Translations under genes and position numbers: made by a program
Source of the DNA: Marsupella aquatica
Lineage: Eukaryota; Plantae; Marchantiophyta
NCBI GenBank assembly: GCA_973895155.1
Contig: OZ316896.1
Location: 22,525,722-22,589,721 of the forward strand
DNA length: 64,000 nt
Direction: 5' to 3'
In this document: in pieces, positions 13,045-26,371 of the stretch
How the letters are laid out: each line of letters opens with the position of its first letter
Position numbering within the stretch: position 1 is the stretch's first letter
The notes under the pieces: model-generated
What the model was told of the DNA's origin: nothing
The model's input: the letters and a program-made list of their open reading frames with translations, nothing else
Databases searched by the model: none

Positions 13045-14376
13045 TCACTGTCTATTATGTCTATGGGCAGCACGTCGTCTTTCACTTTCCTGCTCCCACT
13101 CTCTCTCAGGCAGCAAATGATTCATCATTGCAATACGATATCTACGCCCATTATTACAATTCTGAGGTCCAGCAGGAGGACCTCCAGGTTCGTAAGGAGG
13201 ATCTGCATCTATAGCCCATGCTGGATCATACACATCTCCACGATCAATACGGATATTGTGCAGAAGACATGCGCATGTAATGTAATGTGGTAGTCGGCAA
13301 GGATGCGGTCGAAACATTTTGCGGGAAATAAATCTCCAGCTGTTTTTCAATTGGCCAAAAGCACGCTCCACGCACATCCTACTTGAGCTAAGCATGTAGT
13401 TGAACTCCCTCTTTCGACTATGCTCTCTAGCGGCAGGAAATGGGTTTAGCAGCCAAGGATAAGCAAGGTAACCGGAATCACCAATAATATACTCCCTTGT
13501 AGAAAATCCTGTCGGAGCCCTGTACATTGGACCAGAAAGTTTAGTGCGTTGTATCAAAACATCATTGTAAAAAGTTGAGACTCTCAACAGTCGAGAGTCT
13601 TGAATGTTGCCAGGCCATCCCGAAAAAACATCCAAAAAGCGAAGCTGGCTATCACAAATTGCTTGCATGGAAATGCTTTGGCCATGTTTGTAGTCACGAT
13701 AATCAGTTGAGTTTGTTCCAAGAGGTAACTCCACTTGAAAATGAGTGGCATCAATTGCACCACAGCAATTTGGAAGTCCTTGCAATTGGCGGAAGCCCTC
13801 CTTCACCTTTGCCATGGCCTCCCCTTGTGGCCAACTCAAATGTGTTCCTCTGCCGCGCACAATTAATGCCTTAACAAATCGCCAAATCACATCAGAAATG
13901 CATGGAACTGAAACTCCAAACATCTCTGAAAGTGTCAACAACAAACAACCAGTGGCAAATCTACGCAATGCGATGGCAACTTGTCGCTCAACAGACAATG
14001 TCCTGTTGGTCAAATTGCGAAGACCAGGCGGGGGCTGTGTAGTCAAATCTTCTCGAACCAGGTCGCAAATGTACATAAATGTTGTAGGTGACACCCGAAA
14101 CAAATGCTTGAAGCGAACGGGATCGTCTTCGATGACATGCATAAGGTACCAACCGCTCCATTCTCTTGACCTCGGCTCAATATAATTTACAGATAGAATG
14201 TGATGGTCTCTCGAAAATACATGTTGAATGGTTTGAAATAGTCTATTGTCAAGTAAACCCGATTCCAAACAATAGTTACCAACCAGAGCTGCAAACCGCA
14301 TTTGCTGCAACACCACCTGTTGGAACGCAAGGATAGTTGCCAAAATAATTTCAAATTCCTCATTTGAAAGAACCAT
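13045..14376 (-). CDS. PIF/Harbinger (HARBI1-like, DDE_Tnp_4) transposase, intact
   Basis: GAIDATH, QAICD, GWPGNIQDS, IGDSGY, FNYMLSSSRMCVERAFGQLK, ACLLHN motifs; convergent with the Myb gene. Confidence 0.95.
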   Translation of the reverse strand: MVLSNEEFEIILATILAFQQVVLQQMRFAALVGNYCLESGLLDNRLFQTIQHVFSRDHHILSVNYIEPRSREWSGWYLMHVIEDDPVRFKHLFRVSPTTFMYICDLVREDLTTQPPPGLRNLTNRTLSVERQVAIALRRFATGCLLLTLSEMFGVSVPCISDVIWRFVKALIVRGRGTHLSWPQGEAMAKVKEGFRQLQGLPNCCGAIDATHFQVELPLGTNSTDYRDYKHGQSISMQAICDSQLRFLDVFSGWPGNIQDSRLLRVSTFYNDVLIQRTKLSGPMYRAPTGFSTREYIIGDSGYLAYPWLLNPFPAAREHSRKREFNYMLSSSRMCVERAFGQLKNSWRFISRKMFRPHPCRLPHYITCACLLHNIRIDRGDVYDPAWAIDADPPYEPGGPPAGPQNCNNGRRYRIAMMNHLLPEREWEQESERRRAAHRHNRQ

Positions 14377-15689
14377 TTCTTTTCAATTGTCACAATTGAA
14401 AGGCCTGCGGAATGGAAGAAAGAAACAAACACGAATAGAGTGAACATTTGAGAACTAATAAAAAAACCTCCAAACTAACTAAATGAAAGCAACAACCTAC
14501 AATTAATAGCCCAAAAAAAAGTGAATGATTGCTCTTTGGTGAAATGCAAATGAGTTTTCGAAGGGGGACATATGATGAGTGAGATGATGTTTGAATACAT
14601 CATCGTACAAACTAATATGTACAGGGTTTTTGATATTGTCAAGTATATTGCCATGCCATTTATAAAAGTCATTCACTACAAGTAGTGCACTCAACTACAA
14701 GGAATACAGTTGAGTACATGTAGTCACGCAACATTACTTTTCATTATACTTTGGTTACGGCAAACCATGAAATGGCTCTGATTCCCTGCATAGTGTCGAC
14801 TTCTGGGAAAGAGTGACCCTGAATTGTTTCTCGATTACACTGAATAGTATATTGTAATAAGAAATCCATAGAACTCGAGTCTGTGTTAACGTCTCCTGGA
14901 TTAGTGACAAAAAAAGGTGTATACCTTGGAAGTGGCGGGCGTTCAAGGTGACTAGACAACTCGCATGCTAGATAGTGTAGAAACGTTGCAGACAATTAGC
15001 TGACTTTGCTGCAACTACTGAGATTGTCCTCCCACAGCTTCTCTGGCCAGAGACGTAATTTTCTATGCGTACTAACAATTGATCCAGCAACCGACGTTCT
15101 TTCTATGCCAAAGAGGAATCAATCCAGCAGCCCACACGATCGATTTGTCAGACGGGACTTGCAGAGTGAAGCCAATGTACGTAGTCAGCCTTCAATCGAG
15201 AGCAATTCTTCACGGAATCGATCCTTCACCATTTTTTCACAAAATTGATCATTCAAAGAAAACTCCAGCTTCAGTGAGGGAACGCGCATGTTTTCTTTGT
15301 ATTACATTCGGCTAAGTTGTCGTCTAGCAAGCAGCGCTTTGAAGGATGAAGTGTTGAGCAGCGCAGTTTACAGGGTGAAGTGTTGAGCGGCGCAGCCTCC
15401 ATTCCCTGCAAACTTCCCTGTATACAGTCTACGCATAAAGACACAGCAGGGACACGGGTTTGATCGTGCATAGAACAGGTAGGAGAGGGTAGGATAGAGT
15501 TGGTATAGCAGATCACACTTTTCCCTGAAGTCGCGCAAGAGGTAAGGGCCGCACTGTGAAGGACTCTCCACATGCGAGTTGGCCCTTAGTCACAATAGGC
15601 GAACTTAAAAGCAACAAATATATTTTAGTTTTTTAACTTATTCCCAAGAGATAGGGAAATTAATCCGTGTACCCCATGTTCATCCAAAG

Positions 15690-16812
15690 AATGTGTGAGT
15701 AATGAAATGACATTGATTTTTAACAAGATACTAACCAATGGTTTTGAGTCTCCCGGTGGTCTTGGTGTGTGCTTGGACAAAAGAGAACACTCAAAAGATA
15801 GAGGAGATCGATCCGGTTCAGATTTTCTCTTTGGTTTATGAAACGGAAGATTGAATGTGGAAGAATTGAGTTTTTTGACGATTTTTGCTTACACATTGAA
15901 AAAATCATGTTTCTACCATTCCTCATTGATTTTTTGTGAGTTATGTTGAGTATTATCGTCACAAGATAGACAAGAGGACATCACTCCCTGCATCACTCAG
16001 CTGTTGGCAAAAGAGTGTTTGTCATTTCGGTCAAAAGAACGCACAAAATGGACGAGGCCATCACTTCACATGAAGGTTTTGTAATTTTTTTAATTTAAGA
16101 AAGCTATGGTGTGAGGGGGAGACCAGCAATTGTTTCTTTGACATAGAGGTATTTGGCATCAACCTATGTTCAGAGTGAGCTTCAGTTGAAGACTGGAGGG
16201 ACGCAAATAATTCAAGCCTGGTGTTGCGGACAAGCGATGACAACATCAGAGAAATCAATTTGCAGCGACTAAGTTTGTGACGGTGACAAGATTGTGACAT
16301 CTCTTAATCAAGAAAAGAGCCTTAGATTGACAAATTTTGTCAACTTCCAAATGAGTTTTTGAATTTATGTCTTTCCAATGAGTGTGACAATAATAAATTT
16401 TGATCATGAGTTCATGAATTCTTTTAGCTTTGCAACATTGAATCCAACATTGACAAATTTCATGTTAGATTTTGTCACAGTACTAAGGAGATCATGAGGT
16501 TTTCAATCTCTATAGCTTTCTAATGTGTGACATTGGGAGTATTTGTCAAAAATTAGAAAGATCATGAGTATCTGAATTTCTCTAGCTTTCCAATGAACCT
16601 AACATTGATAGATTTTGTCAAGTACTAAGAAGATGATGAGTTTCTAATTTTACTCTAGCTTTCCAACGAGTGTGACATTGAAAGATTGTATCAAGACAAT
16701 ACTGAAGAGGTCATGAGTTTTTAAATCTTGATCATGAGTTTTCAAATGAATCAAACATTGATAGATTTCATCAAGTACTAAGGAGATTGATTATTTAGTT
16801 TTACAATGTGGA
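15690..16812. repeat. Dispersed direct repeat copy A with internal degenerate subrepeats
   Basis: Aligns with 21770-22517 (e.g. aagaaagctatggtgtgagggggagacc; gagattgattatttagttttacaatgt); recurring ctagctttccaatgagtgtgacat and gatcatgagtt motifs. Confidence 0.85.
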
Positions 16813-17439
16813 GCCAAAGGGGGTATAGCCACCCACACAGGAAACAGGAAAACAAGAATTCTGGTACCAGAAAAATAGATGCTATTATCAGGAATATGTT
16901 GTTGTTACCAGGAAAAACTTGTCTTTGCATCAGGATTATTACTTCATTAAGTACTTCTAACTAGATAGGTCTCAAAATAAGCAATATTCATTGCGTTTCA
17001 TTTATATCTAGAGCTTAGAACCAACTAACATGCCAAAAATTGTTGTCTGATGATATGTGAGTATGGATCAGAAACCTTTTTTCCATTACCCATGCTTTCA
17101 TCCTTGCGTGAACTGACTCTGATCCTGTACAGTTTGGAATCCTAGCACCTTCTTTAGCACTTTTGTCCTGGAACAACAAAGTATAAAAGCTAATGAGCAT
17201 CCGCAAAAGATACTAGCGCTAGGCGCTAGACAGAAAATTTGGAGAAAACCATCAATATTATTGTGTAATCATATGTTTGTCAAAATAAATGATTCAAATC
17301 AGGTCAGTCTATGAGAATCAATTACATTCTTTGGATATGGTGTTTAGGAATCGAATGTTCAAGAATGGAATGTTGAGGAATGTCAACAAACAATTGTACT
17401 TATACAAGAAAAAATGACTTGCATATTACTAGCGCCAAG

Positions 17440-19375
17440 CGCTATTACTCACCAAGCGAATAAAACTTCCCCACTGCCTCCAACACACAACCCACCACGA
17501 TATCCAACTCTAAAGCATTTGAAGCTTTCCAGGGAAGCAGTTACCAGACTGCCACCATAGGTCAATCTCTCTTGAAAATTGGTAGGCCTCCACAATTGTC
17601 GGTGCATTACGTATTTTATCCCATAGCATTCGATGTTCTACCTGCTTCTCTTCCAACACTCCTTCAAACAGAATGGCGATGAAACGCTTGGTAAAAATGA
17701 AAAGTGTCCGTTTGCTCCCGTTCAGGGTTTGGGTGCCCTCCAAAAAAAAACATTTCGGACTGCTAACCATCCGGCTTGGGCATTGTCTGCCATAACTTAG
17801 CCATGAATAGTTGGATTATGTAACCCATTCTCTTTGGATACCTAAATCATTAATCTCCAAGCCTTCTCGAAGGACTTTGTGTCTTCAGCTTTTAGCTCAC
17901 AAGTGAATATTGTACACAACGGGCGGTAGTTGTGATCATAAACGTGTGTGCTGAAAATCACCCAATCCTTGGTCATTCATTTCATGACATCAAAGCTTAC
18001 CTAGGCACCTTCAAGACTCCCTTTAGGTTGCATTTACCGCTAAAGATCCACCCCCGACCCATGGCCTTTGGAAGTCATCTTGAATATGTGAGGCCTGTCT
18101 TCTTGAGACCCTTGACCTGGAAGGATGTACCTCTGGAGGAAAGGCATGTTGATATTCTTTTGATATCAAACTAGAAAATCCAACTCTCCACGACCTTTCT
18201 GGTCCTGCCTAACACTCTTGAAAAGAGATGCAAACTTTTGTGGAGTAGAAACTACCATTAGAGACAGGAATTTTTTTGTTTCTTCGATATCTTGAAATCA
18301 CCCAGGCTCTCACACAAAGATTGTACAAAAGATCCCGTCGCTACATTTTTAATCCCGACAAGCGTCAAAGTTGGATTCATTCCAATTTCTTTTTTATGAC
18401 ATCTTCAACCACCTTTTCCGCACTCCAAGAAAATACCTTGCGAGAAGGATGGTTGTGCGTACCCATATGAATCACTAGGCAAGACATGTGACTATAGGTA
18501 GCTGAGTCAAGCAGAACTTGAGGATACATATAAAATAGTCTTGTAGAGCATGCCTCTACACAAAAAAGGGATCTGTGGGCAATAATGACAAACAACTCCA
18601 CCCTGTTCAATGAACAATCCAACACGGTGTGGCCCTCCAAGTTTAAGGGGTACTAGCCTAGGCCTTTGCATTACTCCTCTTCTTTCGGTGGAAATAGTCA
18701 CAAGTTTTATTTCTGCACTCAATAGATCTAGTATATGTAACTTTACCAAATTCCCAGTATTTCTTGGGCTGCACGTTTGCAGTGGTAGGAAATATTCTAG
18801 TCCAGATGTAGCAATCCTGGACCGGTCCATGTCCCGATGACGGGATCCTTTTGAAAGAATTCTTGGCGATGGAGGCAACTCGAACACTATGTTACCAATG
18901 TACTTCGGCGGCAAACAAGGTACTTGTTCATGCCAAAAGTTTCCAGCCACAATGAACGTCAAAAGTTCATTGGACCCAGTTGACTTGAGCAGCGCATTCA
19001 TTGCACAATTTGGGAATGCGACGATGGCATCTCCTCTTTGACCAAGACCACGTCAGGCGCTGGAGGCTCCACAAGGGGGATCCTTGGTGGCTCCTCATCA
19101 TCACTATCGAAAAGAGTGACCACATCCACCAGAGCCCATGCCAGAGATTGCCAATCTCCCTGATTTGGTTTTCGAATGACAATGGAGTAGCGCAACCTAG
19201 TATTAAGGTGCAAAAATCTCACCCCATCATCGATATCAAAAAGTGCGACAGATGTGGAGCCATCTGCTTTGATTCCCTCCTGAACAATTTCCTCTATATC
19301 ATTCATGCGCAAATCAAACCTTGAACCACAGAGATAAACCTCACTAACTTGCTTGTATGTTTTAGCCACAGACAC
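17440..19375 (-). pseudogene. Degenerate MULE-like transposase with an N-terminal C..C..HxGxH zinc-finger-like region
   Basis: Minus-strand fragments YCPQIP.../CVEACSTRLFY...IHMGTHNHP, HVYDHNYRPLCTIFTCELKAED and MADNAQAGWLAVRNVF...TFHF; many stops and frameshifts. Confidence 0.6.
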
Positions 19376-21769
19376 AGAAATGGAAACAATGTCATCGGTC
19401 GACAGACGGGTAACTTAACGATTGATTGAGACATCACAGAAGCCTCTGGAAACAAATGAACACAAGAAAATTATGAATCAAAATTCTATGGGCAAGGACT
19501 GTTATCGATCCTCACTAACAATTTCCAGAAGCCGTTATAATAAGACTATCCTTTGACACCATAAATGTATTTTGTCGTTATATCAACGACATTTACAATT
19601 ACCAACATGTACACAATTATGCTTTTTAGGAGAACCTTTATGTTTTGGAAATCTCAATTCTTAATAGGGCCTGGCGCTATTAAAGACATACCAAACTTGG
19701 AGGTCCATGGCCACTAGAAGTCAATCCATGTTTAGCACCTGGCGCTAATATTGTGTTCATTCAGATTCTGATTATTTACAAAGGTAAACTATCAAATATG
19801 AGCCTCAAAAATGTTTTTAATAGCTCAGTTTTTAATAGTGTCGGGGGCTAGTTTTTGCATGTACTGAAAATATATGAAAAACGTTGTTAACAGTAAAATA
19901 ATGTTGTATTACCATCTCTTAGGACTATATTGTGTTCCCAACTGATGTCAAAATACAAAACTTAAGCCTTTGGAAACTACTATCGAGTGAGTAACAATAA
20001 CAGGATATAGATCCCTGAGATATTATCGAGTTTTATTATCAACGGTCATATTCAACGGTAACTATGGGTTTCGTGTTCATCAATACATCAATCCTCTTAG
20101 GTATTGTCAAATAAAGAAACAACAAGTGTCACATATCCAGGGCAGGAGTTCAATTTTGTTATCGTATATCTTACGCTCTGCTCTTTGGATCCTATTTATT
20201 TTCCATGTGAGGTACAGTACGAACGAAGTTGTATGACGGGTTTGTGCCGTTTGCGGTACGGTACAAACAAAGTGGTCGTCAGCCATTTTTCCCCCTGTGC
20301 AAGCGATGGACCCTACCTTCTCCTCCTCTCAATGCTTTAGTGGAAATGGATAGAGAGAGGTCATTCCTTCGCAAACATCTGAGTGTTCATTTTTAGGATC
20401 TATGTATAGTCGTCGAGTGACCAGGTCCACTGCTTCGCAAGCTCCTAAAACACAACCGGCTGTTACGTTCCCGAAGAGCAGGAGAGGGAAGATGGATGAT
20501 CTCGATTTGTATGTTGTGGAGGACTGTGGGGAAACATCGCTTACCGTGTATGATGTGATCTCCAAACACATCATGTTGTTTGGGAAAGATTTCCAAGGAC
20601 ACGATAAGCATCGTAATGAAGGAAAATCCTGATGATGTGAAGTATCATCCTTGCATACTGAGTGCAGTATTCAAGGGAGAAATGGGCCCTTAATTGAGAT
20701 TGAGCGGCAATGCACACTATCAACCCGTAAGTGTCTCTTTCAACATATGTAGATCTCTTCATTTACGTTGTCTCCATCATAATTCCCGTCTACTTGATTC
20801 CAATCTTTGGCAAAGTTTGACTAGCGTTGGGCTCTACTGACTTATTCGCTTGTCTTTGGGCTTGGGCAGGTGTGGTCGAACCCTCTTGGATACTTGATGT
20901 AGACCGTATTAACAAAATTTTGTTGAATGATCTAGATTACTACAAGTCAATCATCGACAGTGCAAATTTCAAGAAGTTTGGACAGATCATGGAGAAGACA
21001 CGGAAGGGATCGTGGTATACAAAGAAAATGCCTCAGGAAGCGCTTTTGTACATCTTGTGTGAGAATTAGATCAAGTCTTATTCTTGATAGTTTAAGATGG
21101 ATCTAGAGTTTGCTGCCGCTCAGGGTACACCTTGGTCTTTGGGAGAGAATTCAAAAAGACATGTTGCAATGATGAAGGAGGCAACAAAGGGCTATAAAGG
21201 TTTCAAAAATAACTCCTTTGTGAAGCCCCGCCTTTGAGGATTTCATGCGTACTTGCACTGAGATGGACCCCATGACAAAGAAGAATAAACGAGAGAAGAA
21301 ACCCAATGCAATTGTTTGTACAATGGATCGAGCTATTTTTTGCCGTGTCTGCACTCGACCCCAAGCTGAGGAGTACTCTTCTTGTTGCCCATTGTACACT
21401 AGAGCTGAGGAAACAATTCTTTCATCCACAAAGCGTTAGTGACAATCCCGGCCGTGAAGCAATGATGCCATACCTGGCAAACTTGGAACAGTGTGGAGGG
21501 AATTGATATTGGTATGTTGCACACCTCCCTGCATCGGGTCAATGATATAGTCCCCGCCAATTGATTGCAGGAGTGGGAGTGTGACTCATTTGACTCGCTT
21601 ATTGAAATAGTCTCAAATGATTTTAAGAAATTTGGGGACGCAGTGAAAGGCAAGTTTTGTGGCCTTCCAAGTATCCTGACAAGGCTGACTATACACTAAA
21701 GAATCAAAAGAGAGCCAAACAATATCTCTATCATTTCTTCATGCATATGGAGATTGTGAAGCCAAATTA

Positions 21770-22517
21770 CGTGTGTGATGAAGTGAAATAAATTGTCATC
21801 AAGGCGATAATCGATGGTTTTGAGTCTCTCGGTGATCTTGGTGTGTGCTCATACAAAAAAAATGCAAGAAAGCTATGGTGTGAGGGGGAGACCAACGATT
21901 GTTTCTTCAACATAGAGGTTGCATTTGGTATCAACCTGTGTTCAGAGTGAGCTTCAGTTGAAGCCTAGAGGGATGCAAACAATTTCAAGCCTGGAAGCAA
22001 GCATTGAGGACAAGCGGTGATGATGTAATCAAATAAATCTATTTGCAGCGGCTAAGTTTGTACGGTGACGGGATTGTGACATCTCTTAATAGAGAAAGGG
22101 TTTCCAATTAGCCTTAGATTGACAAATTTTATCAAGTTCCAAATGAGTTTTTGAATTTCTTTGGCTTTACAATGAGTGTGACAATAAGACAGTTTGATCA
22201 TGAGTTCATGATTACTTTAACTTTCCAATATCGAGTCCAACATTGACAAATTTCATGTCAGATTTTGTCACGCTACTAAACAGATCATGAAGTTTTCAAT
22301 CTCTAGCTAATTGGGAGTATTTGTCAAGAATTAGAGAGATCATGAGTATCCAAATTTCTCTAGCTTTCCAATGAGTGTGACATTTAGAGATTTTATCAAG
22401 ACAGTACTAAAGAGGTCATGAGTTTCTAAATTTTGATCTTGAGCTTTCTGATTACTTAGTACTTGACATATTTTATCAAGTACTAAGGAGATTGATTATT
22501 TAGTTTTACAATGTAGA
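21770..22517. repeat. Dispersed direct repeat copy B
   Basis: Homologous to 15690-16812; lacks a ~300 bp internal block present in copy A. Confidence 0.85.
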
Positions 22518-22919
22518 GCAAATAATCATAAAATACAAGCATTTTGATGTAAAACACTGATATATCATTGACAAACATTGGAATGGTAACTTTACTTTAC
22601 TAAATGATATCTCTTCCTTTCTATTCTGGTTTTTTTACATTCAATACTTACGGCATGGTGCCCCAAAAATTACGTTGCTTTTGCCACAAACATGAATGTG
22701 CACTTTTGTTATTGTCATAATTATGACCTTTCCTGTTTGTGACTGGTGGTGTTGATGTGGTGCAACCTCGTGGTAGGGAATTTGCAAGGGACCTCTCATG
22801 GGGGTACGTAAATAAAAATTAAGGTATCTAGTCATTTAACCCATCCTCAATGCAATGTCTCTAAACAAAAACAAATGTTATTTTAAGGACCACATATAAT
22901 TACCTCATGTATGTACAAG

Positions 22920-23212
22920 TGTTAGGTATTGCTCTTAGTCTTGTGACTCTTGAGTTAACCACAGTTAGGCTAACTCAGGTTAGTAATTAGCTAAGGTTAG
23001 CGGTAGTGCTGTTGTGTATATAGCCAGGGCTGGTGCCAGTCCGTGGTGGATCTTCAGTTCATTGTTAGAGTTGGGCAAGAAAGAAATAAAGGTCTCTTGC
23101 TTTCCCGTGGACGTAGCCTCGATCATGAGGTGAACCAAGTACTCGCTGTGTTGACTACTTTATATGGTGTTCATATGTGCATGGTGTCTCGGGATAAGGA
23201 TTATCCCCAACA
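22920..23212 (+). mobile_element. Copia-type solo LTR
   Basis: TGTTAG...CCAACA termini, TATATA, and gtggacgtagcc...ggtgaacca motif common in Copia LTRs; flanks do not show a TSD. Confidence 0.55.
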
Positions 23213-23291
23213 TGTTGGTTTAGGTCTAAGGTACTCCATAGATACGTATACTTGTCTGCTCCTTCCAACTTGTGGTACAATCCACTAATAC

Positions 23292-26101
23292 TCATGAATG
23301 AGAGGGTCTATTGCAAGCAACTATGTTTACTGCTTGACGATCATGAACCTTCCAAACATGTCTCCTAATATTTTCATTCCAGTCTGTAGCATAGATCATA
23401 CAACATAAACGTGTATCATGAGTAGCTAGAAAATGGATACGCTTTATGACATACTTGCCCATTACAAAATGGAATATTTCAAACATAAAGTTCTCACAGG
23501 CCATGGTATAAAATTGCATTTTTTCTGGCTTTATGTACTTGGTCATGAAAGCTTTTATGGCCTTGTGAGTTTTTCCATCTGTATTCCAAAAGAAAAACTG
23601 GTTATTTATTTTATAATTACTATGTCATGCAACATCCAAAACATAATATGAATTTGTCTCAATGCAAAATCAATGAATATTTGTGGTAAAGTATATGCTT
23701 TACCTCTCTCATAGTACAAGTCCAGTTGTAAGGCATTAGGTTTTCCAAGATGATGACAAGATCGATCAGATAGTGTCATGCACTTTTCATGGTCACCAGG
23801 CCAATGATCTGCACAATTCCCTAACTCAAAGGCCAAGGATTCATTGTCTCTACTCATGCATTGCAAAGTAGTGAGAAAACAATTTATAAATATATTATAA
23901 ATTAAATTTTATCTACAAAATATCTATCAAGGTATTCCAAGGAATATATAAATCAAGATAGCATTTCAAGCAATCTGCAATACTTTTGTAATATGGCACA
24001 CTTGTTTTTACATGTTCGAGAACACACATAGAACCAGGTCTTAAATTTGCTTGCCAAATTATGTTCCACTAACTCTGGAAACTTGAGACCACGGGTGGCA
24101 ATGTGTACAAGCTCCTCCTCATGAAGCCCACGCAAATCCGCAACTCAATATATTAACGCTTCCTTTCTCAAGTTAGAGTAACATCTAATACCCCTATCCT
24201 TCAACCAGTCTTTCAATTTTTTATTTCTAACTCCTTGCAAATCAGAACGGGATGTCATAGTGTCTATGTCAATAATAAGGATAAATGTGGCACTTTCCAA
24301 CTTGTCCACAAATTTTTCTCACTAAATTTTTAGCCTTGTGCCATAAGTCCTTCTGGTTTATAAATCCCATGTCCTCAATGATTCTATCTATGATACTTTT
24401 ATCATCATGGATGACCTCTTTTATAACCACTCTTGCGTTAGTGAGACTATTTAGTACCCTCTTTGCCCCAATTTCTTCCATGTACAAAGAATTATTCTCC
24501 TCTTTTCTACTCAAAATGGTCATGTGAAGGACCCTATTATCGTAGCTATCAAAGATAGATGAAATACCATGATACCACTCCGAGATGAATCCCAACGATA
24601 ATCTAGAAACACAACTAGTCCAGGATTTGCAAGAAAACCATCACATATGATGTTGGGAAAATGTTATTCATAAAAAACCTAAAATTTATTCAAGTCCAAT
24701 GTGTAAATATCTTTCATGTTTGAGCAAAACTATGTAATAACAATAAAACATGATTTTGTTGTATAAACCTCAAAACAAATAGAACTAAGTAGTTTCATTA
24801 CAAACCTTCATGAGATGCACATTGCTGTTGAAGTCGAGTTTTTACATCTTCCCACACCTTGCTTTTGTTTACCTCCTATTGCTGCTTTACATCATCTATC
24901 CATCCAGCTTGAGGTCATTGTCTTCTGCTTTGAAAGTCATGCCAATGGATTGCAAAAGGGACATGTAAACCTAAATGTGATGTCAATGCAGCTAGAGCTG
25001 TAAATGTAAGCCCATCACATAGAGTGGAATGATATAGCATAGAAGTAATTAATGGTGAATTCTTTCCCAACTCATTCTCACCAGTCACAAACGTCCACCC
25101 ATGTCCAGCTTGCCCACAATTGATCCTAATAGACCATACTTGTTGCAACTCTCCAATACGCTCCACAATAGGAGTCAATGAACATCCAGCTATATGACAC
25201 CTAGGAAGTAGTCTTTGAACAAACGTATGAATTAAGTGTCGTTCAAAAAATGCTACTATAGCCGGTCGATGAGGTAGAGACTTATGTGTAATTGGTAGGT
25301 CAGAGGTACTAAGTGGTACTGATTGTAAGTTTGGAACTATTGATGGTCGTTCCGGTGATTGAGAATCCAAGACTACCACCTCCAAATTCAATACAAATAT
25401 TTAGACAGTTAGAAGGATTGAAATAAACACATAGAATGTGATGTAAAAATAGAGTTAGTATACTTTGAAAAAAAATGTGTAGGGAATGTAAATTGTTGCA
25501 CCTCCTCCACAACCTCCTCATGTATAGGAGCTCCTAAAGCATAATGAACGGTTGCATCTTCATCTCGATACATGGCTTCATCCTCTGCATCTGATGGATA
25601 TTGTTCAACAATATGCTCTTAAAATTCCTCTTCCGTTTGTGCATCACTTGTTACAGACTGTTGACTCTGTAAAAAGTAGCCACACATGTAATAGCGTTAT
25701 AGACTGGTTATTGTTTTGGAAAAATAGGGCTTGAAAAAGTCCACATCTTCAACCCCCAAGAGAAACTTATTCCAAGATAGCACAAGCCAAAAAAACAAAC
25801 GTCGAAAGACATAACAAAATTATCTACAAGCATACATCATGCATGTAAATCCGTATCTTGGTAATGATCTTCTGAACGTTAACTGCTCCTAGGCTTCATA
25901 ATGGTTGACAAAGCTTCAATGTGGGTCGCTGGTTGCTGATGCAAGTTCATCTTGTAGCATAGTAGCAGCTTGCGCTGCTTGCCATGTCCTCAAATGCTCG
26001 ACCCTATCTCGCACTTCATGAAACAACCACTCAATGACAACTGAGTGTGTAGTATGTTCATCACCAAGTAAAACTCTCAATTCCTTCCATTCATTCCACA
26101 A
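23292..26101 (-). pseudogene. Degenerate DDE transposase, Kolobok/Mutator-like type
   Basis: Fragments ICDGFLANPG, NSLYMEEIG, VIHDD, QKDLWHKAKNL, ADHWPGDHEKC, ENFMFEIFH...KYVIKRIHF in colinear order, broken by stops and likely introns. Confidence 0.55.
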
Positions 26102-26371
26102 GTGAAGCGGGACTCGGATTGTAGGCTTTGCATCCGGTCTCTCGGGGATTCACTTTTACAAAAATGGCACATCACGTGCGACGAAGTATAGGGTCATTTT
26201 ATTGGTTCAAAGGGAAGACTTAAAAATTTTCTGAGAAGAACAATAGGGTCTTTTAAATCAAATTTTGAGACTTATAAGAACATTAGGGTCCTTATAACCA
26301 AAATTTTGGAATATTCCATGAATATTCCAATTTTATAGGGGTTGAATAATTATTATTTTTTCTAATATTTT

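Larger units (their letters stand above)
10926..14376. mobile_element. PIF/Harbinger DNA transposon (coding core; TIRs not located)
   Basis: Canonical transposase plus Myb/SANT gene pair. Confidence 0.85.
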
